A stretch of DNA of 64,000 nucleotides, taken from positions 310,001 through 374,000 of the forward strand of contig JAQOWU010000008.1 of the NCBI GenBank assembly GCA_030867685.1. The letters run 5' to 3'. Position 1 is the stretch's first letter, and each line of letters starts with the position of its first letter. This document shows, piece after piece, positions 31,461-39,940 of this stretch. The notes under the pieces are model-generated. The model was not told the origin of the DNA. It was given only the letters and a program-made list of their open reading frames with translations, and ran no database searches. Position numbers and translations under genes: made by a program. The stretch comes from Wickerhamiella versatilis. Taxonomy: Eukaryota.

Positions 31461-31880
31461 CTAAATTTCTTCAATGGCGGCATCATCCCTTTGAGAGCGA
31501 ACCTGCATTTCCTCAGCATTGACAGCTGGGGACTGATTGGCCATCGCGATGATTCGAGACTTGTTCTTTGCAAGCTTAATTCGTCTTTCAAAATCAGTAA
31601 ATGTGTTTTGTTCATTATCAATGGTAGGTGGTGACACCAGTGTCGCTAGCGAATCTACCGCTTTTTGCTGTTTTTCGGGGAGATTGTCATTACGCCAAGC
31701 CGCTACCCGGCCTTGCAATACTCCCAAAGCTCGGTAGCGTTCGAATCCTGTCTCCAAGCCAGCCGTTCTTCCTTCAACTATTCCATCCGCTCTGCCCTTG
31801 ACAAGACCCTCATTGTATCCATCCCTTCGACATTCCTGTTCATAATTCAAAATTTCAGAAAATATCCCACTATCACTCAT
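31461..31880 (-). CDS. LTO1: Lto1/ORAOV1 (Yae1-N deca-GX3) protein
   Basis: Gly every fourth residue: DGYNEGLVKGRADGIVEGRTAGLETGFER; assignment versus YAE1 moderately uncertain. Confidence 0.7.
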   Translation of the reverse strand: MSDSGIFSEILNYEQECRRDGYNEGLVKGRADGIVEGRTAGLETGFERYRALGVLQGRVAAWRNDNLPEKQQKAVDSLATLVSPPTIDNEQNTFTDFERRIKLAKNKSRIIAMANQSPAVNAEEMQVRSQRDDAAIEEI

Positions 31881-31973
31881 TACGTAAAATATAACGCTTC
31901 GTAGACCTTTAACTGTCTAAAAAAATATTCAAGAAAAGCTTGTGCGACAATAAAATAATATTGCTAGATTAAC

Positions 31974-32405
31974 TTAGTTAGCATCCTTGAGAGACAGAAC
32001 CTCACCACGGAGACGACGGGCGAGCTCGATGTCCTTCTCCTGGATAGTGACACGCTTGGCGTGAGTGGCGCAAGCATTGGTGTCCTCAAACAGAGAGACG
32101 AGGTAAGCCTCAACAGCTTCCTGGAGAGCACCAATGGCAGAAGACTGGAAACGGAGCTCAGCCTTGAACTCTTGAGAGATCTCACGAACAAGACGCTGGA
32201 AGGGCAACTTGCGGATAAGCAATTCAGTCGACTTCTGGTAACGACGGATTTCCTGAAGGGCGACGGTACCAGGCTTATAACGGTGGGGCTTCTTGACACC
32301 AGAGGTGCCAGGGGTTGACTTGCGAGCAGCCTTGGAAGCAACCTGCTTACGGGGGGCCTTACCACCAGTAGACTTCTTGGCGCGGACGTTCTTTGTACGA
32401 GCCAT
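31974..32405 (-). CDS. Divergent histone H3 (143 aa), not paired with H4
   Basis: [46 protein letters not shown]; altered tail and 6-aa C-terminal extension. Confidence 0.97.
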   Translation of the reverse strand: MARTKNVRAKKSTGGKAPRKQVASKAARKSTPGTSGVKKPHRYKPGTVALQEIRRYQKSTELLIRKLPFQRLVREISQEFKAELRFQSSAIGALQEAVEAYLVSLFEDTNACATHAKRVTIQEKDIELARRLRGEVLSLKDAN

Positions 32406-32916
32406 TGTGAGTTAAACTAATTTCCAATGCGATAGTGCCAGTAATTTATATCCCAGTCACTCTGACGTGATCATCTAAAAGTCGACCTAACCCTCATCAT
32501 GAATCATGACCACAGCTACTAATCGGAGAATGCATAGCTCACATCATGATTGACTTGGGCTTCGACACAGTGTGGACATTTCTCATGCTATTGGAATTGA
32601 AGAATGTGCAATATTGTTTTGTCGTTTCTTATTTATTCAATTAACTATTTTCATCATGTATTATTTTATTTAATTTAGTTGATCTGCCAGGAATTTGTTT
32701 GGAGATACTAGTGCAAGTTTAGCCGATGGATATGGCGGCCAAATATGGGCCAAACAAGAGAGGCTGGAAATATAAAAATCTTTAAAAAATGTTGTTGTAC
32801 ATTGTGAACCTCACTTGATCCCATTATGACGCGAACCTGAAGGAGCTGTCGGGTGGGTTTTCCATGGAGTTCATAACAAAGACATATTTCAGGGGAGTTC
32901 TGCCAGGGCAATATGG

Positions 32917-33738
32917 TTACAGGGCTGTCATAGTGAAGTCATGTTCAATAGTTGGGGTAACACTAGCGATAAACTTGAGGAAGACGACAAGATATTGATC
33001 AACTCGCGGCGCAGTTGGTACCTCCTCCCATTCATTGTTGGATTCAGCTGCTTCGTCTATAGCACGCTGTTCTGCTCGGTCCAGAAGCAAGCGCATCACA
33101 CTGGCATGACGGCAAGGATGAATACTTATAAGAGTTAAATTATCTTGGAAGGGTGAGGACTCGATCGTGACGGTTTTATCCTTGTAATCGCCTACAATGT
33201 CATCGAACATACTCTTCGGTGGCAGTGGAGCACCGTCAGCATCGTATCCGGACAAATATATTTTAGGAACTCGATAGGACGTTGAATAAGTAATGTAAAC
33301 ATTGTAGGTCCGCTCGTCCGTATCAACGACAGAATTTTCCGGTATTGCACCCTCTTCCTCAATACCTAGTCCCTCTAATTCTACGTCTGGAACATCAATT
33401 GCCTGCTGCGCGGAGCCTTCGTTATTAGAACTATCTTCAGCGGAAATAATCCAGCCATCTTCACCCTCACCCTCTTTCATCAGGGCATTGTCAACACCCG
33501 TAGCTCTTTGTCGACATGGCACATGTCTGGTTAGAAGCACTTGTTTATCGTGTGGCAAAAAGTCCCGGTTTTTCGATGATGATGCACCTTCCCAGGACCA
33601 AGTGGGGAACTTATCCACAAGATAATCACCTGCGGCAACAAACTCTTCTGGCGTTATCTGTCCCGTTTTTGTGAACGAGCTTGTATGGCTCACTGGCGTT
33701 AGATACTCGCGCAAGTTCCTAATACGCCTGCTCAACAT
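32917..33738 (-). CDS. ATG3: Autophagy E2-like enzyme
   Basis: REYLTPV, GQITPEEFVAAGDYLV, catalytic HPCRHA, RVDQYLVVFLKF. Confidence 0.96.
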   Translation of the reverse strand: MLSRRIRNLREYLTPVSHTSSFTKTGQITPEEFVAAGDYLVDKFPTWSWEGASSSKNRDFLPHDKQVLLTRHVPCRQRATGVDNALMKEGEGEDGWIISAEDSSNNEGSAQQAIDVPDVELEGLGIEEEGAIPENSVVDTDERTYNVYITYSTSYRVPKIYLSGYDADGAPLPPKSMFDDIVGDYKDKTVTIESSPFQDNLTLISIHPCRHASVMRLLLDRAEQRAIDEAAESNNEWEEVPTAPRVDQYLVVFLKFIASVTPTIEHDFTMTAL

Positions 33739-33841
33739 GACCCGAATATATATTACTAATTAAGAGCGTAATGAGGCTTTAATATTATTACATGCAAGTG
33801 AAGGAAGGAAAAAAGAAGGGAAGAAAGGAGGAAGTGCCTAT

Positions 33842-36178
33842 CTAGTTTTGAAATAGGAATTCCATATCACCTTGCGACAACCTATTGAGTGCAGAATCAT
33901 CCATTCCAATTGTCGCGTTGATCATGTTCGCTTTCTTTGCCTGTAGTTCAATAATACGGGATTCAATACTGTCTTCAATAATAAGTCGCGTGATCGTGAC
34001 AGGCCTGTGCTGTCCAATACGGTGTACACGGTCACCACTTTGCCATTCCACGCTTGGATTCCACCATGGATCTAATAAAAATACTTGTGACGCTTCGCAA
34101 AGGTTGAGTGCAACACCTCCAGCCTTTAAGCTAACCAAGAATACCTCAACGCTTGGCGTTTCCATGAAGTGTCGGATTATGGAGTCACGTTGAATGGGGC
34201 TCATGGAGCCCTGAAGTTTTACTGTGGAAAACCCCGCGCGGGCCAGTCTCCATTCTACTAGGTCAAGCATGGACGTGAATTGAGAGAATACGATGGACTT
34301 AATGGTTTGCCGATCACTACGCATCCGGAAAAGTTCCTCGACCAGTGCTTCAATTTTAGTCGACGAGCGCCATGTGTTGTCCATTGTAATCCGATTCACA
34401 ATAGAACCTTTATTCTTGTCTGATGAATTAATCTCAACAGAGGGGGCTGTGAGGTCAATGGTAAGAATAATATGGCATACAGGGCATTCTAGATCCTCCG
34501 GTGAGCCATCCCAACCTTCTACGTATTCCTTAATACACATTCGGCAAAAGGTATGGTTACACTTTGATTTAATTGGATCTTCCGCCTCATCGTCACAGAG
34601 CTTACACACAAGGCTCTCATCTAATTCCGAGGAAGCAATTGCACGACGAAGCACTAAATCAGGATGGTCAGCAATCTGTCTCATTCTAGTAATGAGTGAA
34701 AATATATTAGCATAGTTGTTGAGAACTACACCTTGATTGACATAGGTAGAAAACTGTCGCCTTGAATCGCTGAAAATGCTCGTGTAGAGGTCTTTTTCCT
34801 CTTGATTAAAGTAGTCACGACGGACGGTAACCACCCTCGGGGGCAATCCCAGGTCGTCCGCACGTTCCATCTTCGTCCGGCGAAGCATGATTTGCCTAAG
34901 AAGTAAACGCATACGACGCATGGCAAAGTCTGTTTCCCCCTGAATCCTTTGAATATGTTTTAGGAGGGAATGATTGAAGTAATTTACGTGTTGCATAGCA
35001 ACATGTCCACAGAACAGACATTTCTGACGCTCAACACGCCACTCATGGGACGTACAGCTACATTTCGTGCAGAAGTACTGACAGAACGGATCTATTCGCA
35101 AAAATCTTAGAAGGGAATAAAGCTCCCCTATCCTGTTCTGGAGAGGAGTACCACTAAGACAGAGGCGGTAACTCGAATCCAACAGAAACACAGCCCTGCT
35201 TGTCCCGGCCTGTCTATCCTTGATATTATGAGCTTCATCGAGGATGACGCGATGAAAATGTATCGTGTGAAGAGGAGAGGGTAGACGGACTTTTTCACCT
35301 TTCCGGGTAAATCCAGAAGACTGCCGCCTATAAACAGACTCGACAACAGCATAAGTGGTCAAAACCACATCATATTCACGTATTTCGTCTGTAGACTCGG
35401 TACGGTTAGAGCCATGGTAGACTAATATTTTAAGAGCATCTCCAGCAAATTCTTCGATCTCATTACGCCATTGCATGACAGCCACTGTAGGTGCTACCAC
35501 CAGTATTGGACCACTACGTGGGAGTTCATCGCTCAAAAACAATGCAATGGTTTGAATAGTTTTGCCCATTCCCATCTCATCAGCAAGGATACCACCATGA
35601 TATTTAGACTTTTCCTGCTCAACTAGCCAATGGAGCCCTTCTTTTTGAAAAGGAAGTAAATTGCACTTTAATCCCGGTGGCTGCGCCATTTGTTCAAATT
35701 TATGAGGGGGCTCGTTTTCCAAGTCCTCGAACACTGAACGAAGTTCTGGATGATTTTTACGTAGCCCATCTTCCATAGCATTGAAACGTTTTACAACATT
35801 AGGGGTGGGATCTTTCTCTTTCTTCGGCTTGCGCTGGCGGCGACGAGGTCTCTCGGCAGGCGGTTCGGGCTCCTCTTTGGGTTCTTCCTGGGGCCCTTCC
35901 TGGGGCCCTTCCTGAGGCTCCTCTTCCATCTTATTTGGGGATGAATCCTTAATTTCTGCATCCGAGCTGTTTTCCTCTGTTTTGGTCAAATCAATTTCTT
36001 CAATGGGAGATTCAGTGGAAGAATGCGAGGCAACAAATTCGGAGTCTGACTCGGAAGTGGAATTCGACTCCGAATCAGAGTTAATTGCCACAACACGTCG
36101 TCTTCTTTTAGGTTTGGGTGATTTCTCCGATGGACTTGGCCGGATAAATCCTCCCTCTTCTGTCTCAGAAGAACTCAT
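33842..36178 (-). CDS. RAD16: Rad16 SNF2-family ATPase with RING finger (global-genome NER)
   Basis: [65 protein letters not shown]; first ATG at 36178. Confidence 0.95.
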   Translation of the reverse strand: MSSSETEEGGFIRPSPSEKSPKPKRRRRVVAINSDSESNSTSESDSEFVASHSSTESPIEEIDLTKTEENSSDAEIKDSSPNKMEEEPQEGPQEGPQEEPKEEPEPPAERPRRRQRKPKKEKDPTPNVVKRFNAMEDGLRKNHPELRSVFEDLENEPPHKFEQMAQPPGLKCNLLPFQKEGLHWLVEQEKSKYHGGILADEMGMGKTIQTIALFLSDELPRSGPILVVAPTVAVMQWRNEIEEFAGDALKILVYHGSNRTESTDEIREYDVVLTTYAVVESVYRRQSSGFTRKGEKVRLPSPLHTIHFHRVILDEAHNIKDRQAGTSRAVFLLDSSYRLCLSGTPLQNRIGELYSLLRFLRIDPFCQYFCTKCSCTSHEWRVERQKCLFCGHVAMQHVNYFNHSLLKHIQRIQGETDFAMRRMRLLLRQIMLRRTKMERADDLGLPPRVVTVRRDYFNQEEKDLYTSIFSDSRRQFSTYVNQGVVLNNYANIFSLITRMRQIADHPDLVLRRAIASSELDESLVCKLCDDEAEDPIKSKCNHTFCRMCIKEYVEGWDGSPEDLECPVCHIILTIDLTAPSVEINSSDKNKGSIVNRITMDNTWRSSTKIEALVEELFRMRSDRQTIKSIVFSQFTSMLDLVEWRLARAGFSTVKLQGSMSPIQRDSIIRHFMETPSVEVFLVSLKAGGVALNLCEASQVFLLDPWWNPSVEWQSGDRVHRIGQHRPVTITRLIIEDSIESRIIELQAKKANMINATIGMDDSALNRLSQGDMEFLFQN

Positions 36179-36462
36179 CCCTAACAAGACGAGAGGTTTA
36201 GACTATTACAAATGATCTAATTAGATGAATTCGATCTTTCGACTGCACTGTGCAAACTGCTCTAGCTTGTATTAAAACTGACCTATAAGAAATGTAGTTC
36301 CGTATCTGTCACGCAGCTGTAGATCGTTGGATTCATATGTTTAACTTAATCCCTTTCTTTTTATCTCACCACCCTTGACAAGCTACGCAAAGGATAATCT
36401 GTTAGTTTTGCTAGAAATAAAAGTGTTAATGTACATCAACGACTTTAATGCGAAAATTTCCT

Positions 36463-36548
36463 GTGAGCAACGCTATAGAGGAAAAGACGTCAAGTGCCAT
36501 GCTTCGTTGTGATTCGCTCTTCTTACTAACTGGCGACATATATTCTAG
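36463..36548 (+). other. Probable intron directly before ATG 36549
   Basis: TACTAAC at 36524-36530, TAG acceptor at 36546-36548, candidate donor GTGAGC after ATG-CGA-AAA-TTT-CCT (in frame). Confidence 0.55.
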
Positions 36549-36821
36549 ATGATCGCTCGCCGAATGATCCATACCAGCGCACCGCGTTTCCAGGGTATCG
36601 CGTCTCGTCCACGAAGAGTAGGTGCCCTTAGAGGTGGGTTTACTGGATTTTTACTTGGTGTGACTGCAGCAGGGGCTGGCGCATACTACTACTTATTTGC
36701 TGAGTACACCGCTGGGCAGCAGGCTATTCTGGCTGATGTTATTGGACTACGCACATCTATACAGGAACTACAGGGACAAGTCAAGAAACTTAAGGATGAA
36801 GCCGCGGAGCCCTCGAAATAG
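36549..36821 (+). CDS. Small single-TM coiled-coil protein, probably mitochondrial
   Basis: Arg-rich presequence-like start, RGGFTGFLLG...GAYYYL TM segment, then coiled coil. Confidence 0.7.
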   Translation: MIARRMIHTSAPRFQGIASRPRRVGALRGGFTGFLLGVTAAGAGAYYYLFAEYTAGQQAILADVIGLRTSIQELQGQVKKLKDEAAEPSK

Positions 36822-36962
36822 AATAGTGGTAAAGGCTTGTATTGACTAGTATATGGACTGTGCTATATGGAACCAAGTGTCATTTTCAAGTAAAAAAGAA
36901 TCTTTTTTGGACTCTAGGTATCTAAAAATTTCAAGATATTAAATTTAGTGTGTACTTTCAAT

Positions 36963-39266
36963 TCACGGTTGCCATGCCCACACCCGCTTTATCTCACCAT
37001 GCTGCTCTGCCTGATTCACTTGTACATGTGAATGGTTTTCCACTGCGCGTATCAAAGGAGTATTCGTTCGATCACATAGTGTATCTGTGAATACATAAAT
37101 AGACAGATTTGGGTCGCTATCTGCAGCCTGGCGTCGCATTCTCAATGCGTCCAATATTCTATTAACTGCCTCTTGGCGATGTTTGCGGCGTCGGTACAAT
37201 TGCTTTATAGCTAAGAATACTAGGCCCACGCCAGCAAATCCTGCCATTATCTTAGCCAATTCAAGTATATGATACTTGATCCATGACACCACATGAAGTC
37301 GGAGTCGACATGACAGAGGGATGAGATCTAGAGAGTGCGATATGAATTCGACTTCCCAATCTTCTTCGTCTTCTTGCGAGTCCTCGTCTTCGGTTGAGCT
37401 GGTGGCAATGATGCCGTGATTACTGAAGCGTCTCTGCGATGTTAGCGTCTTGTCACTTGACCTTATAGATGTCACAAACCTTACCATTTCGATGTCTGGA
37501 GCGGTAGAGACAGCCGCCACAACCTGGCGCCACATATCGCTGAACTCTTCATCACTGATTCGGGTTGACTTATCATCATAGACGGCCGTACGCAGTTCCG
37601 GTTCAGTGTAACCTTCGGTTACCTTGTGGCTAGACGGGCCTTTAGGAGTACCACAGGCTATGCTGGCCGCTCGTTTTCTCAGGTACCAAAGCGCCTTCTC
37701 CACAAAAACAGCAACGGCACGTTCGCGCTCCCAATCCTTTGCACAAGTTGGAGGCAAGGAAAGAATTCCAGCTTGTGAGAGCAAATTCTCATTCAACTTA
37801 TAGCCGTCGTCACAAAACAGTCTACGGCCTTCCCAACAGGTACCATGTTCGGGACACGATACACACTGAGGCCAAACGTAATCCATAGTATGTCTGCTAG
37901 CCTGTTGTAAATGCAAAATTGTCGGATTTTCCACTGGATAAGTTAAGAATTTTGGATATGGTGGTTCGCGATGTTGAACAGTGCCGCAAAAGTCTGCTTG
38001 TGCAAGTTCACTTCTGTACCACAGAAATCCCCAAACAACTGTGGATACTAGAGCCAACCTCAATAGGAGCCAAAACGCGCGCAATGTCATTTTCACGATA
38101 TTTACCCCAGAAATCTTAGTTTCTGTTGATTTAGTATCTCTTGACAGTTCAGTATTTTCTGATGGGTCAGATGGTTTAGTGTCTTTTGGCTTAACTGGCA
38201 CAGCTTCTTCAGCTTGTGGCTCGGGTACATCTACCCCATCTGAAGCTGGCTCAATTCTAACTTCGTCGAGGGTCTCCGGAATTGGAGTAGCCGCAACCGA
38301 TGGTGGTTCAATCTGTTTGGCAAATTCCTCTGACATACGAAGAGCAGAGAGCGAGGGCATGAAGCCTGGCTTTCTTTGAGATGATTGAGATGATGGGGGG
38401 TTAAGCGGTAATTTTTCCTCCACGATTGGCTCTTCTTGCTTTGGCGGCGCCTCGGAAGGTTCCTCATCGAGCTTCTCTACAACGGGACTCGATGAGGGGA
38501 CTTGTCCAATAGGCGATGGTGGCACACCAAGAGGCTCATTCAACGGTTCAGGTGAATCCTCCTTGGTAGCGATAGGAGGCTCCGGTTTGGACTCAACCTT
38601 AACGTGCTTATCAGACGCAACGCGCTTCCTTGGCTCGTCATTATCATTGTGTGGTCGTTTACGTTGTGGTGTCTGAAATACATTGTCATTAGAAAATGAC
38701 GTTTCCTCAACTATCGCCTGATGACTCTCTGGTCGCAGCACTACACGCTTTTCATTTTCACTAATGTCTGCATCTTCGTCATTGGCATTAGTTCTACGTT
38801 GCAGGCGCCTCCGTCTCGGGCTTGGTGTGGCACTAGCTGGCGTGGCCGACTTAGGTGGAGGTGATCGAGGTTCCGACGGCTTCAGTTCGGGTAACTCCTC
38901 CAGTTCAGGCTTAGCTTGAGCCTGTCTAGTCCTAGAACGCGTATTGCGCGGTTTTGCAGGGCTAGCTGAGCGAGCACGAGACCTCGACGGGCTTTTAGAC
39001 GCCGACCTGCTGACAGAACGTGCTTCAGACCTCGATGACCTCGAGTCAACAATATTTTCTGAACTTGGCTGTGCATAGACATATTGGGCGCGAAGTTCTG
39101 CCCGGCGCGGAACGATGTTTTCATTAAACGTCTCGATCAGTTGCTTTTTGAGTACCCTATTACTGAAATCAATTCCATGGAGAGTCAGGATATATCGAAG
39201 CTGGGCCACACGCAACTTATTTGGATCAAAGTTGTCCTCAAGATATTGAAAATCGTCCTCATTCAT
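36963..39266 (-). CDS. SRC1: Src1/Heh1 inner nuclear membrane LEM (HeH) / MSC protein
   Basis: N-terminal YLEDNFDPNKLRVAQLRYIL (HeH), TM1, lumenal CVSCPEHGTC...FCDDGY, TM2, GEIKRVWAW. Confidence 0.9.
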   Translation of the reverse strand: MNEDDFQYLEDNFDPNKLRVAQLRYILTLHGIDFSNRVLKKQLIETFNENIVPRRAELRAQYVYAQPSSENIVDSRSSRSEARSVSRSASKSPSRSRARSASPAKPRNTRSRTRQAQAKPELEELPELKPSEPRSPPPKSATPASATPSPRRRRLQRRTNANDEDADISENEKRVVLRPESHQAIVEETSFSNDNVFQTPQRKRPHNDNDEPRKRVASDKHVKVESKPEPPIATKEDSPEPLNEPLGVPPSPIGQVPSSSPVVEKLDEEPSEAPPKQEEPIVEEKLPLNPPSSQSSQRKPGFMPSLSALRMSEEFAKQIEPPSVAATPIPETLDEVRIEPASDGVDVPEPQAEEAVPVKPKDTKPSDPSENTELSRDTKSTETKISGVNIVKMTLRAFWLLLRLALVSTVVWGFLWYRSELAQADFCGTVQHREPPYPKFLTYPVENPTILHLQQASRHTMDYVWPQCVSCPEHGTCWEGRRLFCDDGYKLNENLLSQAGILSLPPTCAKDWERERAVAVFVEKALWYLRKRAASIACGTPKGPSSHKVTEGYTEPELRTAVYDDKSTRISDEEFSDMWRQVVAAVSTAPDIEMVRFVTSIRSSDKTLTSQRRFSNHGIIATSSTEDEDSQEDEEDWEVEFISHSLDLIPLSCRLRLHVVSWIKYHILELAKIMAGFAGVGLVFLAIKQLYRRRKHRQEAVNRILDALRMRRQAADSDPNLSIYVFTDTLCDRTNTPLIRAVENHSHVQVNQAEQHGEIKRVWAWQP
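37434..37484 (-). other. In-frame 51-nt intron in SRC1 (alternative acceptor at 37423 gives a 62-nt intron)
   Basis: GTAAGG donor, GCTAAC branch, CAG acceptors 7 and 18 nt after the branch motif. Confidence 0.7.
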
Positions 39267-39940
39267 CGCCTACAATGTGGTGATGATGACAAATAGTATG
39301 CGTTGATCCTAACCCCATGCAACAACACTTCTCAGCGTTGAAGACGAATAGTGTTTATACGTTCACCACAAATAAATGAGCATGTGCGGAATCATTTCTT
39401 TTGTAGTTCAAAGTCTTGGCTATTTGTCATGTTTTCTATAGAAATTACTTTCAAGCCATTTTGTGAAAAAAAACAGAAAAAATTCAAGTCAACGTGAAAA
39501 CCTTATAATCTAAACAACATTATATGGATGTGTGTGTAGAGAAGTTCCACCTTCAGAAATCCCTGGAATATGCCCTACTCGAAGCTTACCCGGCTTCCCC
39601 ACATGACGCGGCACACTCAGATGCTGATACATGATTTTATATACGCCTACGTGCTGCATAAATATTAGAAAACTACTTTTTTGTTCACATGCTCATATGC
39701 TAGTGTTCCATAGATGTTAGTCTACATAAAAAAAGACTTGGATAAATCATTGCAGTTAGCCTCCGAGACATAGATAGTTATTGATTTTTCGTATGATATG
39801 CCAAAATTCTAAAATTATTATGAAGGCCATTTTAAACTCTCGCCAGGTTGTAATGTAATTCGGTGCCGGTGCCGGTGGGTTGGTCCTTGACACTCCTCTT
39901 TTTGCTGACGAATCAACAGGACCTTTTCCGTCTATTCACC

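Noticed and set aside
31964-32365. Overlapping alternative-frame and antisense ORFs on H3 (also 5688-6110 on RPS18)
   Set aside because: Expected by-product of strong codon bias; no recognisable protein
31974-32405. Calling this gene CSE4/CENP-A
   Set aside because: H3-like tail with all key lysines, no loop-1 insertion, Q68 and F84 retained
32708-32911. 67-aa ORF between H3 and ATG3 as a possible H4 or microprotein
   Set aside because: Non-ATG start, no histone similarity, no coding signature
35868-35925. [19 protein letters not shown] repeat in RAD16
   Set aside because: Ordinary low-complexity repeat in a disordered N-terminus
39850-39919. Possible 5' intron of NST1 (GTAATG...GCTGAC...CAG)
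   Set aside because: In frame, but signals are too degenerate to call without RNA data
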